From Tubulanus polymorphus (taxonomy: Eukaryota; Animalia; Nemertea): 64,000 nucleotides of DNA. This document shows, in pieces, positions 29,884 through 42,192 of the stretch. The stretch is from NCBI RefSeq assembly GCF_964204645.1, contig NC_134029.1, positions 22,190,950 to 22,254,949 on the forward strand. The letters are read 5' to 3'. The position numbers and the translations under genes were made by a program. Each line of letters opens with the position of its first letter. The first letter of the stretch is position 1. The notes under the pieces are model-generated. The model was given only the letters and a program-made list of their open reading frames with translations, was not told where the DNA came from and made no database searches.

Positions 29884-31338
29884 TCATACATTTGCGTCGT
29901 CTGTTATTAAATTGCCCTCTGCGGCAGCAGCTGCAGAATCGGTACAATTAGCGTTCGAAATCCCACTACACGATTTACGATGCTGCAAAAACTCGCTCCA
30001 AACCGGGAAACATTTGTTGCAGCACGGACAGAACGCCATCTTTATGATACTGTGCTTGACTTTCAAGTGTTGTCGCAAACCGCCTCGGTCGTTGTAGACA
30101 AAAGTCTCCTTTGGACAGAGCGGACAGATGAACTTGCTGTGCAGGTGAATACGCACTTTGTGATTATGAAGACTATCCAGGCGGTAGAACGATGCTTTAC
30201 ACAAGTTACAGGTGTATGGCTTGGCCCCAGTGTGCAAGCGAATATGGCGTTGTAAACTAGCCTGTTGAGAAAAGGTTTTGTAACAAATATGACATAAATA
30301 AAGTCGATGTGTAGATTTGTAATGATCTATGCACGAATTCAACGCTTCGAATCCCAGACTACAGATGCTACATTTCAGTAACGCGTTGTTTGTCGTTGGA
30401 GCGGTATCTTCTGACAGCATTAAAGGACCACGACTGAGACTAGCTACAGAATGTCCTGTTATAACACTGCGATTAGTTTTGCTGTCTGGAGATGTTCCCT
30501 CTTTTCTAGAACTACCAGCTGCACTCTCACCGTCATCGCGTTCACTGCCATTTGCTATTTTATCCACGTTTCTACTAGCCGTGTTCGGTGCATCGTTTGT
30601 CCTCATTCTTTTTCGGGATTTTGCCTGTTTCATCGGGGAAGATTTTCCATCAATTACAGCATCGCTTTCGGAGCTACAACGTTCGACGAAATCTTCACTA
30701 TTTTCACGATATGTTTCATATTCACCAGCCAAAAGTCGACCCGCTACCAGATTGACAGGTTCATTATCAGTGGAATTAGCAGAGTGTACGCGGAATATTG
30801 GACGTTCAAGTTTGTACGACGAATGAGCTGCAACTATTTCTGGTTCATTCATCTGTGTCTTAATATCATCATAGTCACCATCATCGACTTCATGATGGAA
30901 TGAATTCGCCGTGTGTTCATACTGCTGTTGTTTTTGACTGGAATGGTGAGTTGTCGCTGGTGTGAAACTCGGGTTTTCGATTCTCGGTTGTTGGTCAGAA
31001 AACGCCTTGACGTTACAACTGGGTGGATAGAATATTCTCGGAACGTATTGCGATGAGAGCACAGTGGAATCTTCGGGTAGTTGGTGATGGAAGTTTGCCG
31101 ATGAATTGTTGACAATACCATTCACGCTGGATGCCACATCTGGACCAACGTCAGTTTTTTTCGAGGTTTCCACGGTCTCACCTAGTTTTATAACGATTTC
31201 ATCTTCTTGATCGTCCACTGTGAGGCAGATAAGTCCACGGATCTCGAGTTTCGAATCGAATGATACCTGCTCCTTCAGTAACGCACTGATTGTATTGGAT
31301 AACAGACGAGCGCAGGTCTTCCGGTATTGTCGAGACAT
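29884..31338 (-). CDS. C2H2 zinc-finger protein, 484 aa, single coding exon
   Basis: Long ORF with C-terminal fingers (CSICSLGF..H..TH, CHICYKTFSQQASLQRHIRLHTGAKPYTCNLC..HKVRIH, CPLC..HLKVKH, CPCC..HRKSC); a splice acceptor sits immediately before the ATG. Confidence 0.92.
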   Translation of the reverse strand: MSRQYRKTCARLLSNTISALLKEQVSFDSKLEIRGLICLTVDDQEDEIVIKLGETVETSKKTDVGPDVASSVNGIVNNSSANFHHQLPEDSTVLSSQYVPRIFYPPSCNVKAFSDQQPRIENPSFTPATTHHSSQKQQQYEHTANSFHHEVDDGDYDDIKTQMNEPEIVAAHSSYKLERPIFRVHSANSTDNEPVNLVAGRLLAGEYETYRENSEDFVERCSSESDAVIDGKSSPMKQAKSRKRMRTNDAPNTASRNVDKIANGSERDDGESAAGSSRKEGTSPDSKTNRSVITGHSVASLSRGPLMLSEDTAPTTNNALLKCSICSLGFEALNSCIDHYKSTHRLYLCHICYKTFSQQASLQRHIRLHTGAKPYTCNLCKASFYRLDSLHNHKVRIHLHSKFICPLCPKETFVYNDRGGLRQHLKVKHSIIKMAFCPCCNKCFPVWSEFLQHRKSCSGISNANCTDSAAAAAEGNLITDDANV

Positions 31339-33152
31339 CTGAAAACGGAGAAAACATTTTGATTGAATATTTCAACTGTAATAAGCGGAAAATAATTTGT
31401 TTAGAACATCCAATCCAGCAGACAAAAATTATGCCTTACCGTTCAAATATCGATGTATGTTAATGTATACGCTTTAAAGTATAGTAGCAAAGCTTTTGTG
31501 CGAAGTTCGTTTAAACTGATAATATTGTGTGCTTAGTATCAATAGATATTTGGACTTTGTTCGTGATTTTTGTAATGCGTATGCGTTGTAGCAAGGAGGC
31601 GGTTTTCGTAGCTTCTTCTTTTGATTCCCTGGAACCAGTTTCTCAAAAATCATAAATGTCTAAATTGATTGAAGATGAGCGGAATTACTAAATAAATCGA
31701 ATCGATCGAAGAGTTTATTTGTGCAGAGTTGTAAATGTTGGCTCTGGTGGTTGAACTACTTAATTTTTTCATCATTAGAAATTAAGAACAGATGTTTCAA
31801 ACACGTATAGTGAATGTGTTTATCACAGAAAGATCTACACTATTTCCCAGACATTTCGTGAACTTGAACTCAAATTTAGACTTTGGTCATTCGTATTAAT
31901 CATCCTTGATAAAGGACAAATGCACCACTGTCAGCACCTTTTCTAGCGAAATTTTGCCCTTCGCGTTCAATGTTATTATCACTCTAAACAAGACCAAGTC
32001 CACCGAGTTACCGGTACCAATTCTCGGATCTAACTTGACATTTGAATAAAGAGTTTGTCGCTCTTGTTTATCATGGAAATCAATCGCATTATCGATTTTC
32101 GAATCCAAAATCCCTTTAATCAGAAAAATAATTGTAACTTTTGTAACTATGACATTTTATTTGAATTTTTTTACACAAATATCCAAAATGAGATTGAAAT
32201 TGTCAATTTCTATTCACCCTAAAGAGTAAAGGATAGTCATAGAATGCATAGTCATTTCGTCGGAGATGCTCTAATGTTTCATAACTTCCTTTCCAGTTAA
32301 CAAAACTAAGTCTACTTTCCGAGTTTTCTGGCAATATTCGGATGTCACGAATTCATCAGAAATAAGATTATTTTTGACCGTGATGCGTTTGATAATCATC
32401 ACGACGAAAAAATTTTCAAATATCAATGATCGAAATTCGGAAGCAAATCCAATCGCTTTTCCATTCATTTTAACAATTCGCGAAAAAAAAGATAGATACT
32501 AACTTGTTTCAGTTCAGGCTGTCGACTTTGATTGAACATGGAATAAAGTCCAATAGAAGGCTGCATTGCGACCGGTCCGGTGGACTGATCAAAATATCGC
32601 CCGAAGTACTGTTCATACATAGCGGACACAAAACGTTCAACTCGACAATAATGCTCCGAATGGTAAATTATTATAATATTTGGCACTTCTTGGCACAGCA
32701 ACTCCACCATGTTACTGATAAGATATTATAATTCTCGTGAATAGGCTTATACTTGGTAAGATTGATTTAAGTGATAAACGGACTTGCCATTGGTTTTAAC
32801 AATTGATAACGGGGTTGAGAGTCGAGATTTGGCCTACTTTATATAACCGGTAAGAACTGGACAGGAATGCTGATATACCTGGTACCGGGTTATTAATGTT
32901 CACGTGCACTCGAATCGTAAATAATTAGATCGAACACGTACACAAACGCACTGGCAAATGAAAAAAAACTTAAATAATTTACGTAATGACATCCATTCGA
33001 CCGTTTGACCGTTTCACAATCGCATATTGCAGACGTATCTATACGCTCTCTTTAAAGATGAATATTCGCACAAACCGAAACATAGAATATCAACGAATGT
33101 TTAGCGTTTAAAATAAGAAAAAGATAATTGAGAACGATGGACACATCGTCAA

Positions 33153-33384
33153 CAGGTAAAAATCCCCCCGATAAATACCCCCCCCCCCCCAGTTAAAATG
33201 CCCCATGTTCACTTTTCTATCAAACTAGAGTATAAAAACTAGATAACATTTTTTACAAAGTATATTTAGGAATACATATGTGCATATGGCTATTTTAGCA
33301 TTACTTATAACTATATTTCTTATATAGGAAGTCACGACCAGGAGTAATCACCAGGGAGGATTTTCACTGGGAAGATATTTACCT
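33153..33384. mobile_element. Degenerate MITE with imperfect TIRs
   Basis: aggtaaaaatccccccgataaataccc is imperfectly complementary to gggaggatttttcactgggaagatatttacct. Confidence 0.5.
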
Positions 33385-33899
33385 ACATTCCACCGATAAA
33401 GCCGTCCGCTTGTTGTTGCATAGTCAGTTCCCCCAACCCACGCATGGTGCCTCATAGGTTGGTATCAATTTTCAAGTGCTAAAGATAAAAAAAAACAACA
33501 AAAAAAGCAACGCACAAAACGGATACGCGCGGAAATAACTTCACTTTTTTCATAAACATCTTTTTCTTTGGCTTACATTCATTTTTAAAAAAGGGTCCAA
33601 ATTTTTTTGAGGTGTTTTGAGGTGAAACACTGAATCTATTGGGTTCTGATATAATGCATTTTTAAGTCGATTAAAGTCGAGTTCCGGCTCCACTACATCG
33701 AAAAGTTTTAAAATGACGCCACTTCTTACATGAAGCGACTTCCTGTTGTAATTTCAAAAAGTCTATGATAAGGAATGAGGTTCATTATGCGCTATCTGAT
33801 TAGCCTTGGCACTTAAATCTATTTAAAAATCTACTTTGTATTAAGATATCGCGCGTAATAATTCGTTGCAGTCAAATTGCATATCACTCATATAATAAA

Positions 33900-36800
33900 A
33901 TGGGATTTCAGATACTTATACGAGGACTTGTATTTTTTGCAATTTTCTCTCTTGTCGAAGGTACGTAAGTTGAAGTTCGCGGTGAAATATCTTCAAATTG
34001 CCCTGTTTGAAATAATCTTAAAGCGTATTTAGATAAAAGCTTTCTACTCGGTGGTATCTATTTTTTTTAAAGGTTTTTCTAGTAAAGTTGTCACGTCCCC
34101 AAACTATCCAAATCCGTATCCTGAAAACTTGGGTCAGTATATTGAGCATTTCTCTTTTGGTGTTAAAACTCGCATCAGAATCCGTGTTACTGATATTGAT
34201 ATTGGACCTGACGATAAACTTCATGTTTGTAACGAAAACCCGCTATGTCAATGCACAATACCTATTGCGACATATGACGGCTCTTCTGATGGAGGACAGG
34301 ACATCAAGTTTTCGCTAATTAACTCTATATGCGTGGTTTTCTATCCTGCAAGCCATACTCCGAGTAAATATTCTGGCTACAGAATGGAATTGACTGGTTA
34401 GTAAAATGCATTCACATAATATTTCGACGATTAGAAGTTCCTGTCTTAAAGATGATTGAATCAAATCTCTTTCTCCTCATTAGAGATCCCGGATTGTAAT
34501 GGAGAATATAAACTATACGATGAAGGTGACGTGGTATCTCCTGATTATCCAGTCGTTTCATGGGGAAGACTAGAATGTACTTGGAAAATTATAGTTGAAA
34601 CCACACAGAAAATTGAGACTCGAATTCTTGATTTCGACCTTGATAGGTCCCAATTCGATACGCTGAAAGTGATGTCGACTGATTACGACGCTTCGGACGT
34701 GCCACAAGGAGACATTTTACAGAGTACCAACAATGAAGCACAAATCATGTATAAACACGGGCCGTGGATGTCTCACAGTAAATACCGAGGTTTCTGGTTG
34801 CACTTTATGGGTAAGACCCATTCGATACATCACGACAATAGGACGTACATTTTCTTTTCTTTTATCAAAATGTAATTCTTTATATTCATAGCTATTGGAT
34901 GCCCCGGTACAAAGATACAGGAAGGCGGGCATCGCTTGTTCAAAAACAAGAAGAACTTTTATGACGAAGATTATGTCTTGAAATATGGTTGTTCCGACGG
35001 ATTTCAGTTCTCTGACGGTAAGATTGAGAATGAAGTTATCTGCGCAGCAGGAAACTGGAAAAAAAGGCAGCCATGGAAGTGGGTCGGAAAATTTGCTGAC
35101 TGTGAAGGTATCCTATAATGGCGAATATAGTTTAAGTCTACAGCACGATTGGATATTCTAAAAAAGCCATCTATTTTAGAAATTAGATGTGGTTCTCCCG
35201 GAGTTCCAGCGTACGGCACGATTGTCTCATACACACCAGACCATCCAACGACAAGCCAAGTTCATTATGAATGCAACGATGGTGCGACAATGATTGGTAA
35301 CAGTTTCATCGTCTGTTTAAACAATGGCTCTTGGTCGGGTTCTCCACCGACCTGTGTCCGTAAGTATGAATTAAGCTATAATGTCATTCGACGGAAAAAA
35401 TATGCCAAATATTCCTAGAATCACCTCGGAATCTAGGCATACTTCTGTATCACGAAGGTATGCCATTTGTTTAATGTCTTGTTTTTCAGCTATAACTACT
35501 GTAGCACCAATTTGTTCTGACCCCGGCGATCCAGCAAACGGTGTTAAAATCGGCACAGATTTCACCGAGGGCTCACAAATTTCATTTAAATGTAATACTG
35601 GCCACATTCTGTTTGGAAAAGAGAAGATTGAATGTAGAAACGGGAAGTGGACACCAGAACCACCAGCTTGTGAAAGTATGTACAGTATATTCATTTCTGG
35701 TACGCTAAAATATATCAAAAGATGTTCATCTGACTTCAATAATACGTATCGTTTTAGTTGTCAAATGTCCTACACCGAATGACCCGATAAACGGAAAGGT
35801 GGACGTAGATGGACTCAAATTTGGCAACGAAGCTACGTACACGTGTACGCCTGGCTACATTGTCGAAGGTCTTAAAGTCAGAGAATGTGGTGCTGATGGT
35901 AAATGGTCAGGTAGTGACCCGACTTGCAGAAGTAAATATTTCTAAATTTTTTCCAATTTACCATGTGCGTTGGATACAATCAACCAACCTTTTAGTTTTA
36001 TAAGCGTAAGCGTGTAACATTTACAAGATAATCACTAGATTTCGCTCGTTTTGTATGCTGCAGTAAGGGTAATAGATATAATGTGGTAATTTCAATTTCA
36101 GCAATCCACTGTAGTCCACCGGATACGAATATAAACAGCACAGTTGTTTTAGAAGGAAGTGGTCTCGGACAGATAGCTAGATACAGCTGTATTGAAGGGT
36201 TCCAACTGTTGGGTATGAAAGTTAGGAAATGTCAGGAGGACGAGACGTGGGACGGGATACCTCCAGCATGCCAAGGTTGTTAGATTTTTACCCAAATTTG
36301 TCATCGTTTCATTTCCAACTTTTAAAATGAGCAATGATATTCAAGATTTGTAATGTATGTTTGGATCTTTTAGAAATCATATGCATGCCATTAGAACAAC
36401 TGGAAAATGGAAAAGTTGTACTGGATGATGGAGAGAAATATGGAAGCAAGGCTATTTACACATGTGATAAGTGTTACAAATTAAAAGGAGCGCCTTCTAG
36501 AACTTGTGGATCTGATGGAAAGTGGACGGATTCCAAACCGACTTGTCAAAGTATATAATCTATACACCTACCCCCAATACAAACTCAGGAGTGCGGATTA
36601 TTGAACGTATACTGAAATATGTTAATTTACTTTAGACGTGACTTGCACTGATCCAGCAAAAATTAACAATGGAAAAGTTGTATCAACCAGTAACTATTGT
36701 GACAGCACAGCAACTTATACTTGTGAAAAAGGTTTCCATTTATATGGCGTCATCGGTAAAACATCAGCTACAATAATTTGTCAAAAAGATGGAAATTGGA

Positions 36801-39800
36801 ATGAAACAGTCGCCGATTGTAAAGGTATAAATCTTTTTACATATGTTCGAAATGATGATTATATAAAAATTCCAATGATGTTCTTCACATAATGTTGTAG
36901 TTACCACATGTCCGAAGTTACAAAAGCCGCAGAATGGGAACGTTGTACTGGATGATGGAGTAAAATATGGTAGCAAGGCTGTTTACACATGTGATAAATG
37001 TCTATATCTTAAAGGAGCGACTTCTAGAACCTGTGGATCTGATGGAAAATGGTCGGGTTCCGAACCGACTTGTCAAAGTATTCATTTCACTAAACACTTC
37101 GAGTACAGATATATCAGTATTTTGTATGGATGTTTATCAAACGCTGATTACATTTATTCTAGGAGTTACTTGCACTCATCCAGCGCCAATAAACAACGGG
37201 AACATTGTATCATTCAGTAACTACTGCGAGAGCGTGGTCAAATATCAATGCGAGAAAGGTTTTCATTTCGATGACGTCATCAGTAAAACATCAACTTCTA
37301 TTATTTGTCAACAAGACGGAAATTGGAATGAAACAGTCGGTGATTGTGAAGGTATACATTTTCTCACATAGCTTCTAAATAGTGATTTTACGAAAATTCA
37401 AAAATTTATGGATCATGTTCTTCACATAATGTTGTAGCAATTTCATGCCCGACGTTAGAAAAACTAGAAAACGGAGATGTTGTACTGGATGATGGAGAGA
37501 TATATGGAAGCAAGGCTGATTACACATGTGATAAATGTTACAATCTAAAAGGAGCGACTTCTAGAACTTGTGGATCTGATGGACAGTGGACCGGGTCCAA
37601 ACCGACTTGTCAAAGTATATAATCTACTAAAATAGCATTTTTACGATTACCAGTAAATGAATAAACCATGCATGAATCTATTGCAGGAGTAACTTGTTCT
37701 GATCCAGTACCAATAAACAATGGGAAAGTCGTATCAGCCAATAATTTTTGTGACGCCACAGCAACATATACTTGTAAAACAGGTTTCCACTTTGACGGTT
37801 TAATCAGTAAATCATCATCTACTATAATTTGTCAACAAGATGGAAATTGGAATGAAACAGTCACTGATTGTAAAGGTATGTCTTTTGAATATCTTCCGAA
37901 TTAATTATTGTATTGAAATTCTAATACTGTTCTTTACTGTAGTAACTTCATGCCCGACGTTACAAAATCCACAGAATGGAAAAGTTGTACCGGATAATGG
38001 AGATGAATATGGAAGCAAGGTGGTTTACATATGCGATAAATGTTACAATTTAAAAGGAGATGCTTCTAGAACCTGTGGTTCTGATGGACAGTGGACCGGA
38101 TCCAAACCGACTTGTCAAAGTACCGTATATATTCTACGAAAACAGTATCTACTTGATTCAAGAGTAATTGAATGAATGTTACTATGATACATGGATCTAA
38201 TTGCAGGGGTGACTTGTTCTGATCCAGCGCCAATAAACAATGGAAAAGTTGTATCAACCAGTAACTATTGTGACAGCACAGCAACTTATACTTGTGAAAC
38301 AGGTTTCAATTTCAACGTCATCAATAAGATATCAACTACAATAATTTGTCAACAAGACGGAAATTGGAATGAAACAGTCATCGATTGTAAAGGTATGTTC
38401 TCTTGCGTATTTTACATGTTAATAATTATATCAAAACTTTGAACATATTTTTCATATAATGTTGTAGAAACTTCATGTCCGACGTTAGCAGATCTGGAAA
38501 ATGGAAAAATTGTACTTGATGATGGAGAGAAATATGGAAGCAAGGCTGATTACACATGTGATAAGTGTTACAATCTAAAAGGAGCGCCTTCTAGAACTTG
38601 TGGATCTGATGGACAGTGGACCGGGTCCAAACCGACTTGTCAAAGTATATAATCTACTAACACAGTATCTACCTCATAAATTTGCCTTCAATTTAAGAGT
38701 AAATAGGTAACCCAAACATGAATCTATTGCAGGGGTGACTTGTACTGATCCAGTACCAATAAACAATGGGAAAGTTGTAACAAGCAATAAGTTTTGTGAT
38801 ACCACAGCAACTTATACTTGTGAAACAGGTTTCCATTTTAATGGCGTCATCGGTAAAACATCAACTTCTATAATTTGTCAAGAAGATGGAAATTGGAACG
38901 AAACAGTCTCTGATTGTAAAGGTATATATTTTCTCACATAGCCTTCAAATAATAATCGTATTAAGATTCTAATCATGTTCTTTGTATAAATTCGTAGTTA
39001 CTTCATGCCCGACGTTAGAAAAACTAGAAAACGGAAAAGTTGTACTGGATAATCGAGAAAAATATGGAAGCAAGGCTGATTACACGTGTGATAAATGTTA
39101 CAATCTAAAAGGACAGACTTCTAGAACCTGTGGATCTGATGGACAATGGACCGGATCTAAACCGACTTGTCAAAGTATCTGAATTGCTCTGTCAATTGAA
39201 ATAGAAAAAGCAATTTAGAAAATATAAGATGTTTTGATTGCATATTCTGATTTATTCTAGGGGTGTCTTGTACTGCTCCGGCAAAAATAAACAATGGCAT
39301 AGTTGTTTTATTCAGTAACTACTGTGACAGCACAGCGACATATTCATGCGAGACAGGTTTTCATTTCAATGATGTCATCAGTAAAACATCAGCTACAATA
39401 ATTTGTCAACAAGATGGAAATTGGAATGAAACAATCAGTGATTGTAGAGGTATTTAATCGTTTCATTGGTTTCCTTTACCACTGATAGATGATTAGAGTA
39501 ATCTTGTAATAACTGGACTTTCAGTTGACCCGCCTGCTGTTTTTGGTGCAAATGAGGAGTTACAACAAAAATTAAGTAAGCTTATTGCTATACTTTTTAA
39601 CGAATATTTCACGAATTGACTTAAACTGCTTATCAAGAGATGAACGTGATTGTAATTGAGATTCAATTCCATATGATGATGATACTGATCTTCTAACGAT
39701 CTTCTTTTTATATAGATATAATAATGATTATTGGAGTAACTGCTGCTGTGATTATTCTGCTGACACTTCTATTCGTATTTGCTAGACGGGCCATAAAAAG

Positions 39801-40085
39801 GTATTTTGAAAATATTCAAAAATCACACCGCGTACCCATCCTGAAGGTATGCTTATATAATACCGGTGCAAATAAATGTTTTAAACAATGTTTTTTAGGA
39901 GGAACGCACTTCCGGGGCAGTGGCATTATCTGCAAGAAGTTGACAATCCAAACTACACCGAGACCTCTGACTCGATAAACATCAACACAGTTGATAAGAA
40001 AGTATTTTATTCATCTGCACAAAACGACAACGTTGACTGGAAACGAAACCAACTTTACGCAGATATCAGTGAATACGAGGCATAA
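33900..40085 (+). CDS. Type I membrane protein: signal peptide, 2 CUB, 17 sushi/CCP modules, TM and tyrosine-motif tail
   Basis: Signal exon MGFQILIRGLVFFAIFSLVE; CUB motifs VTSPNYPNPYP and VVSPDYP..CTWKI..DFDL..YRGFWLHF; one CCP per exon from 34893 to 39449; TM IIGVTAAVIILLTLLFVFA-RR; tail ...DNPNY...NQLYADISEYEA*. Confidence 0.9.
36374..39449 (+). repeat. Intragenic tandem duplication: six copies of a two-exon (A+B sushi) unit, ~530 bp period
   Basis: Exon A (..YGSKAxYTCDKCYxLKGxxSRTCGSDGxWxGSKPTCQ) alternates with exon B (VTCxDPxxINNGKVVSxSNYCDSTATYTCExGFHF...IICQQDGNWNETVxDC) six times; flanking intron sequence is partly shared. Confidence 0.95.
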
Positions 40086-40593
40086 CCTTCTCACAAGGAG
40101 ACATATTAATCAGTTATCATAATATTGCATTATTCATATTCATTTCTTCTGTGATATTGTGATATGGTGCACTCTGTAAAATAAAGCTTATATTTATTCT
40201 CCAAATAGTTCCAGTTCCATTTCGTTATTCAACCGTAGAACAATCTATAAACCTGGTTTCTGAATTTTGGCAAAATGAGACAAAAGAATATCCTAATGAA
40301 AATAATGTATCAAAGTACGGCAATATTCGGTATACAGTGTTGTGTCTAAACCAGTGAACTTGCGGAGTCAACTGGCGTAAACCGACGGTAGAGGTCACAA
40401 CTAGATTCGCAGCTGAAGCGAAACCGCGTTTACGTGACAGAAATCTCTCATATCTGGTTTACATGTATTGCCTTGTGTCGGTGTAGGCGCCGAGTTCATC
40501 GATTCTAAACGTACGTAGGTTGCTCTATTTTTTCCGTCCTTATTTGATATGATCGCGACTGATTATCATTTTTTTTTCTTCAAAAGGTGCAAC

Positions 40594-42192
40594 ATGCGCA
40601 ATTTACGCAATCTACGAGGAGAGTCAAAACCAGAACTGGATCGACATACGACCAGTTCTCTGAACAACTCATTCGACATGACTCAGTTGATGTCTACTCT
40701 AGGTTCTCCTCCAAGACAGAATCGGAATACGGTGGAAACTATGGATTTTACTCCTTCGCCGATACCAGCTTATCGCGGTTCATCGTCGCCTTGCCTACGT
40801 CAAAGAGGCGGTAGTATGTGGAATTTGGCGTCGACGGGGCTGAGACAAAGAGGACTGAAGCTGTCACCACAAAGGCGGCACTCCGTTTCATCACCGATCA
40901 ACTTAACTAAAGTATCTGCGTCGTCAGTCGTATCGCCGGAAGTGTCGTTTCATCGGCGTCGCGAGAGCGCAGGCGCAATACTATCGTCTGCCGATGATAC
41001 TGCTGACATGTCCGTTGATTATTACGACAACACTTTCGATAAAAGCGAGTCATTCGTGTTCTCACCGGATCGCAGATACTCGTCCATCCAGAACGCAAAA
41101 TCCGCTTCATCATGCGAAAGCGACATCTTCCATCATCATAAGTCTGAAATTAACAATAACGCTGATACCAAAAGAAACGAAATTCCAGTTCTACCTCAGG
41201 TCAACCCTGACGAAGATATGAGTTCCAACGAAGCCTTTATTGATAATGGCGAACAAGACCATCCCGAAAAAATTAGAATACAAGGGACTGGATATTGCGC
41301 GTGTCTATTCAAGATGTGTGTTGTCATCGCGGTATTTCTCGTGGTAGCTTACATTTCAGGGCTTTATCTTCAATCTTCCCAGGATGGCCCGGCTCCTGAA
41401 ACATGTAATGCTACAACGATTACTGTAGTTGCTTCTGATTTTTCACGATCGGCTCCTTTGAAAATATTCGGTCAGGATTTAGCTGTCGAGATTGTTACCA
41501 ACGCGTTGGGGATATTCATCAAAAATCCATTCAGGCCTTTGGTTCTTTCTTTGCACGGTTGGAGTGGAGTTGGAAAAAGCCATTTAGCTGATCTTATAGT
41601 GAATTTTCTGCGACCAACTTCCGCGACGACATTCATCGTACCTTTGGAAATTACCCAATTCGTTAACATCCGCAACGCAACCGAGAACATGTTGTCATAT
41701 ATTCACCCGTGCTTCGTCAACATTTTCATATTCGAAGAAATGGAAGAGGTGACCAAAGGCTACATGGCCAGCGTCGGAGCTGTAATCGAGCGTGTGCGCC
41801 GTTCGAAAAACACCAGCGTCATTTTTCTTCTACTCAGCACAAACGGCGCTCGAATAATCAACCGTGTCGTGTTAGACCACATCAAAACTGGCGGGAAGCG
41901 TCACGACATATCATCGGAATATTTGGTAGCCAGTTTACTGGCTGGTTTAGAACAGGATTCCGTGTACAGCGAACTGTTTGGTCTCGTCGATTACTGGATA
42001 CCGTTGATGCCACTAGAGAAAGTTCACGTATTGAAGTGTATCGAACGCGAGTTACTAGCGCGTAAGAAATCTTACCACGAAACGGTAGCCACCGATCTCG
42101 CCGAAAGGTTGTTCTACGTGCCTCAGGAATTTCCGATATTTTCAAAGTCGGGTTGCAAAAACATCGGGACTCTGGTGGATATTGAAAGCTAA
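40594..42192 (+). CDS. Torsin-family AAA+ protein, torsin-4A-like (long N-terminal region, TM, AAA+), single coding exon
   Basis: KIFGQDLAV; PLVLSLHGWSGVGKSH (Walker A); IFIFEEME (Walker B position); VIFLLLST; LVDYWIPLMPLEKVHVLKCI; FSKSGCK. TM VVIAVFLVVAYISGLYL. ATG at 40594 follows a splice acceptor at 40586. Confidence 0.88.
   Translation: MRNLRNLRGESKPELDRHTTSSLNNSFDMTQLMSTLGSPPRQNRNTVETMDFTPSPIPAYRGSSSPCLRQRGGSMWNLASTGLRQRGLKLSPQRRHSVSSPINLTKVSASSVVSPEVSFHRRRESAGAILSSADDTADMSVDYYDNTFDKSESFVFSPDRRYSSIQNAKSASSCESDIFHHHKSEINNNADTKRNEIPVLPQVNPDEDMSSNEAFIDNGEQDHPEKIRIQGTGYCACLFKMCVVIAVFLVVAYISGLYLQSSQDGPAPETCNATTITVVASDFSRSAPLKIFGQDLAVEIVTNALGIFIKNPFRPLVLSLHGWSGVGKSHLADLIVNFLRPTSATTFIVPLEITQFVNIRNATENMLSYIHPCFVNIFIFEEMEEVTKGYMASVGAVIERVRRSKNTSVIFLLLSTNGARIINRVVLDHIKTGGKRHDISSEYLVASLLAGLEQDSVYSELFGLVDYWIPLMPLEKVHVLKCIERELLARKKSYHETVATDLAERLFYVPQEFPIFSKSGCKNIGTLVDIES

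Noticed and set aside
29912-31121. Several ORFs overlapping the zinc-finger gene
   Set aside because: They are antisense or alternative-frame shadows of the 484-aa CDS.
40549-40593. Upstream ATG extending the torsin ORF to 547 aa
   Set aside because: It runs through a polypyrimidine tract and AG acceptor (40586), so it is intronic; ATG 40594 is preferred.
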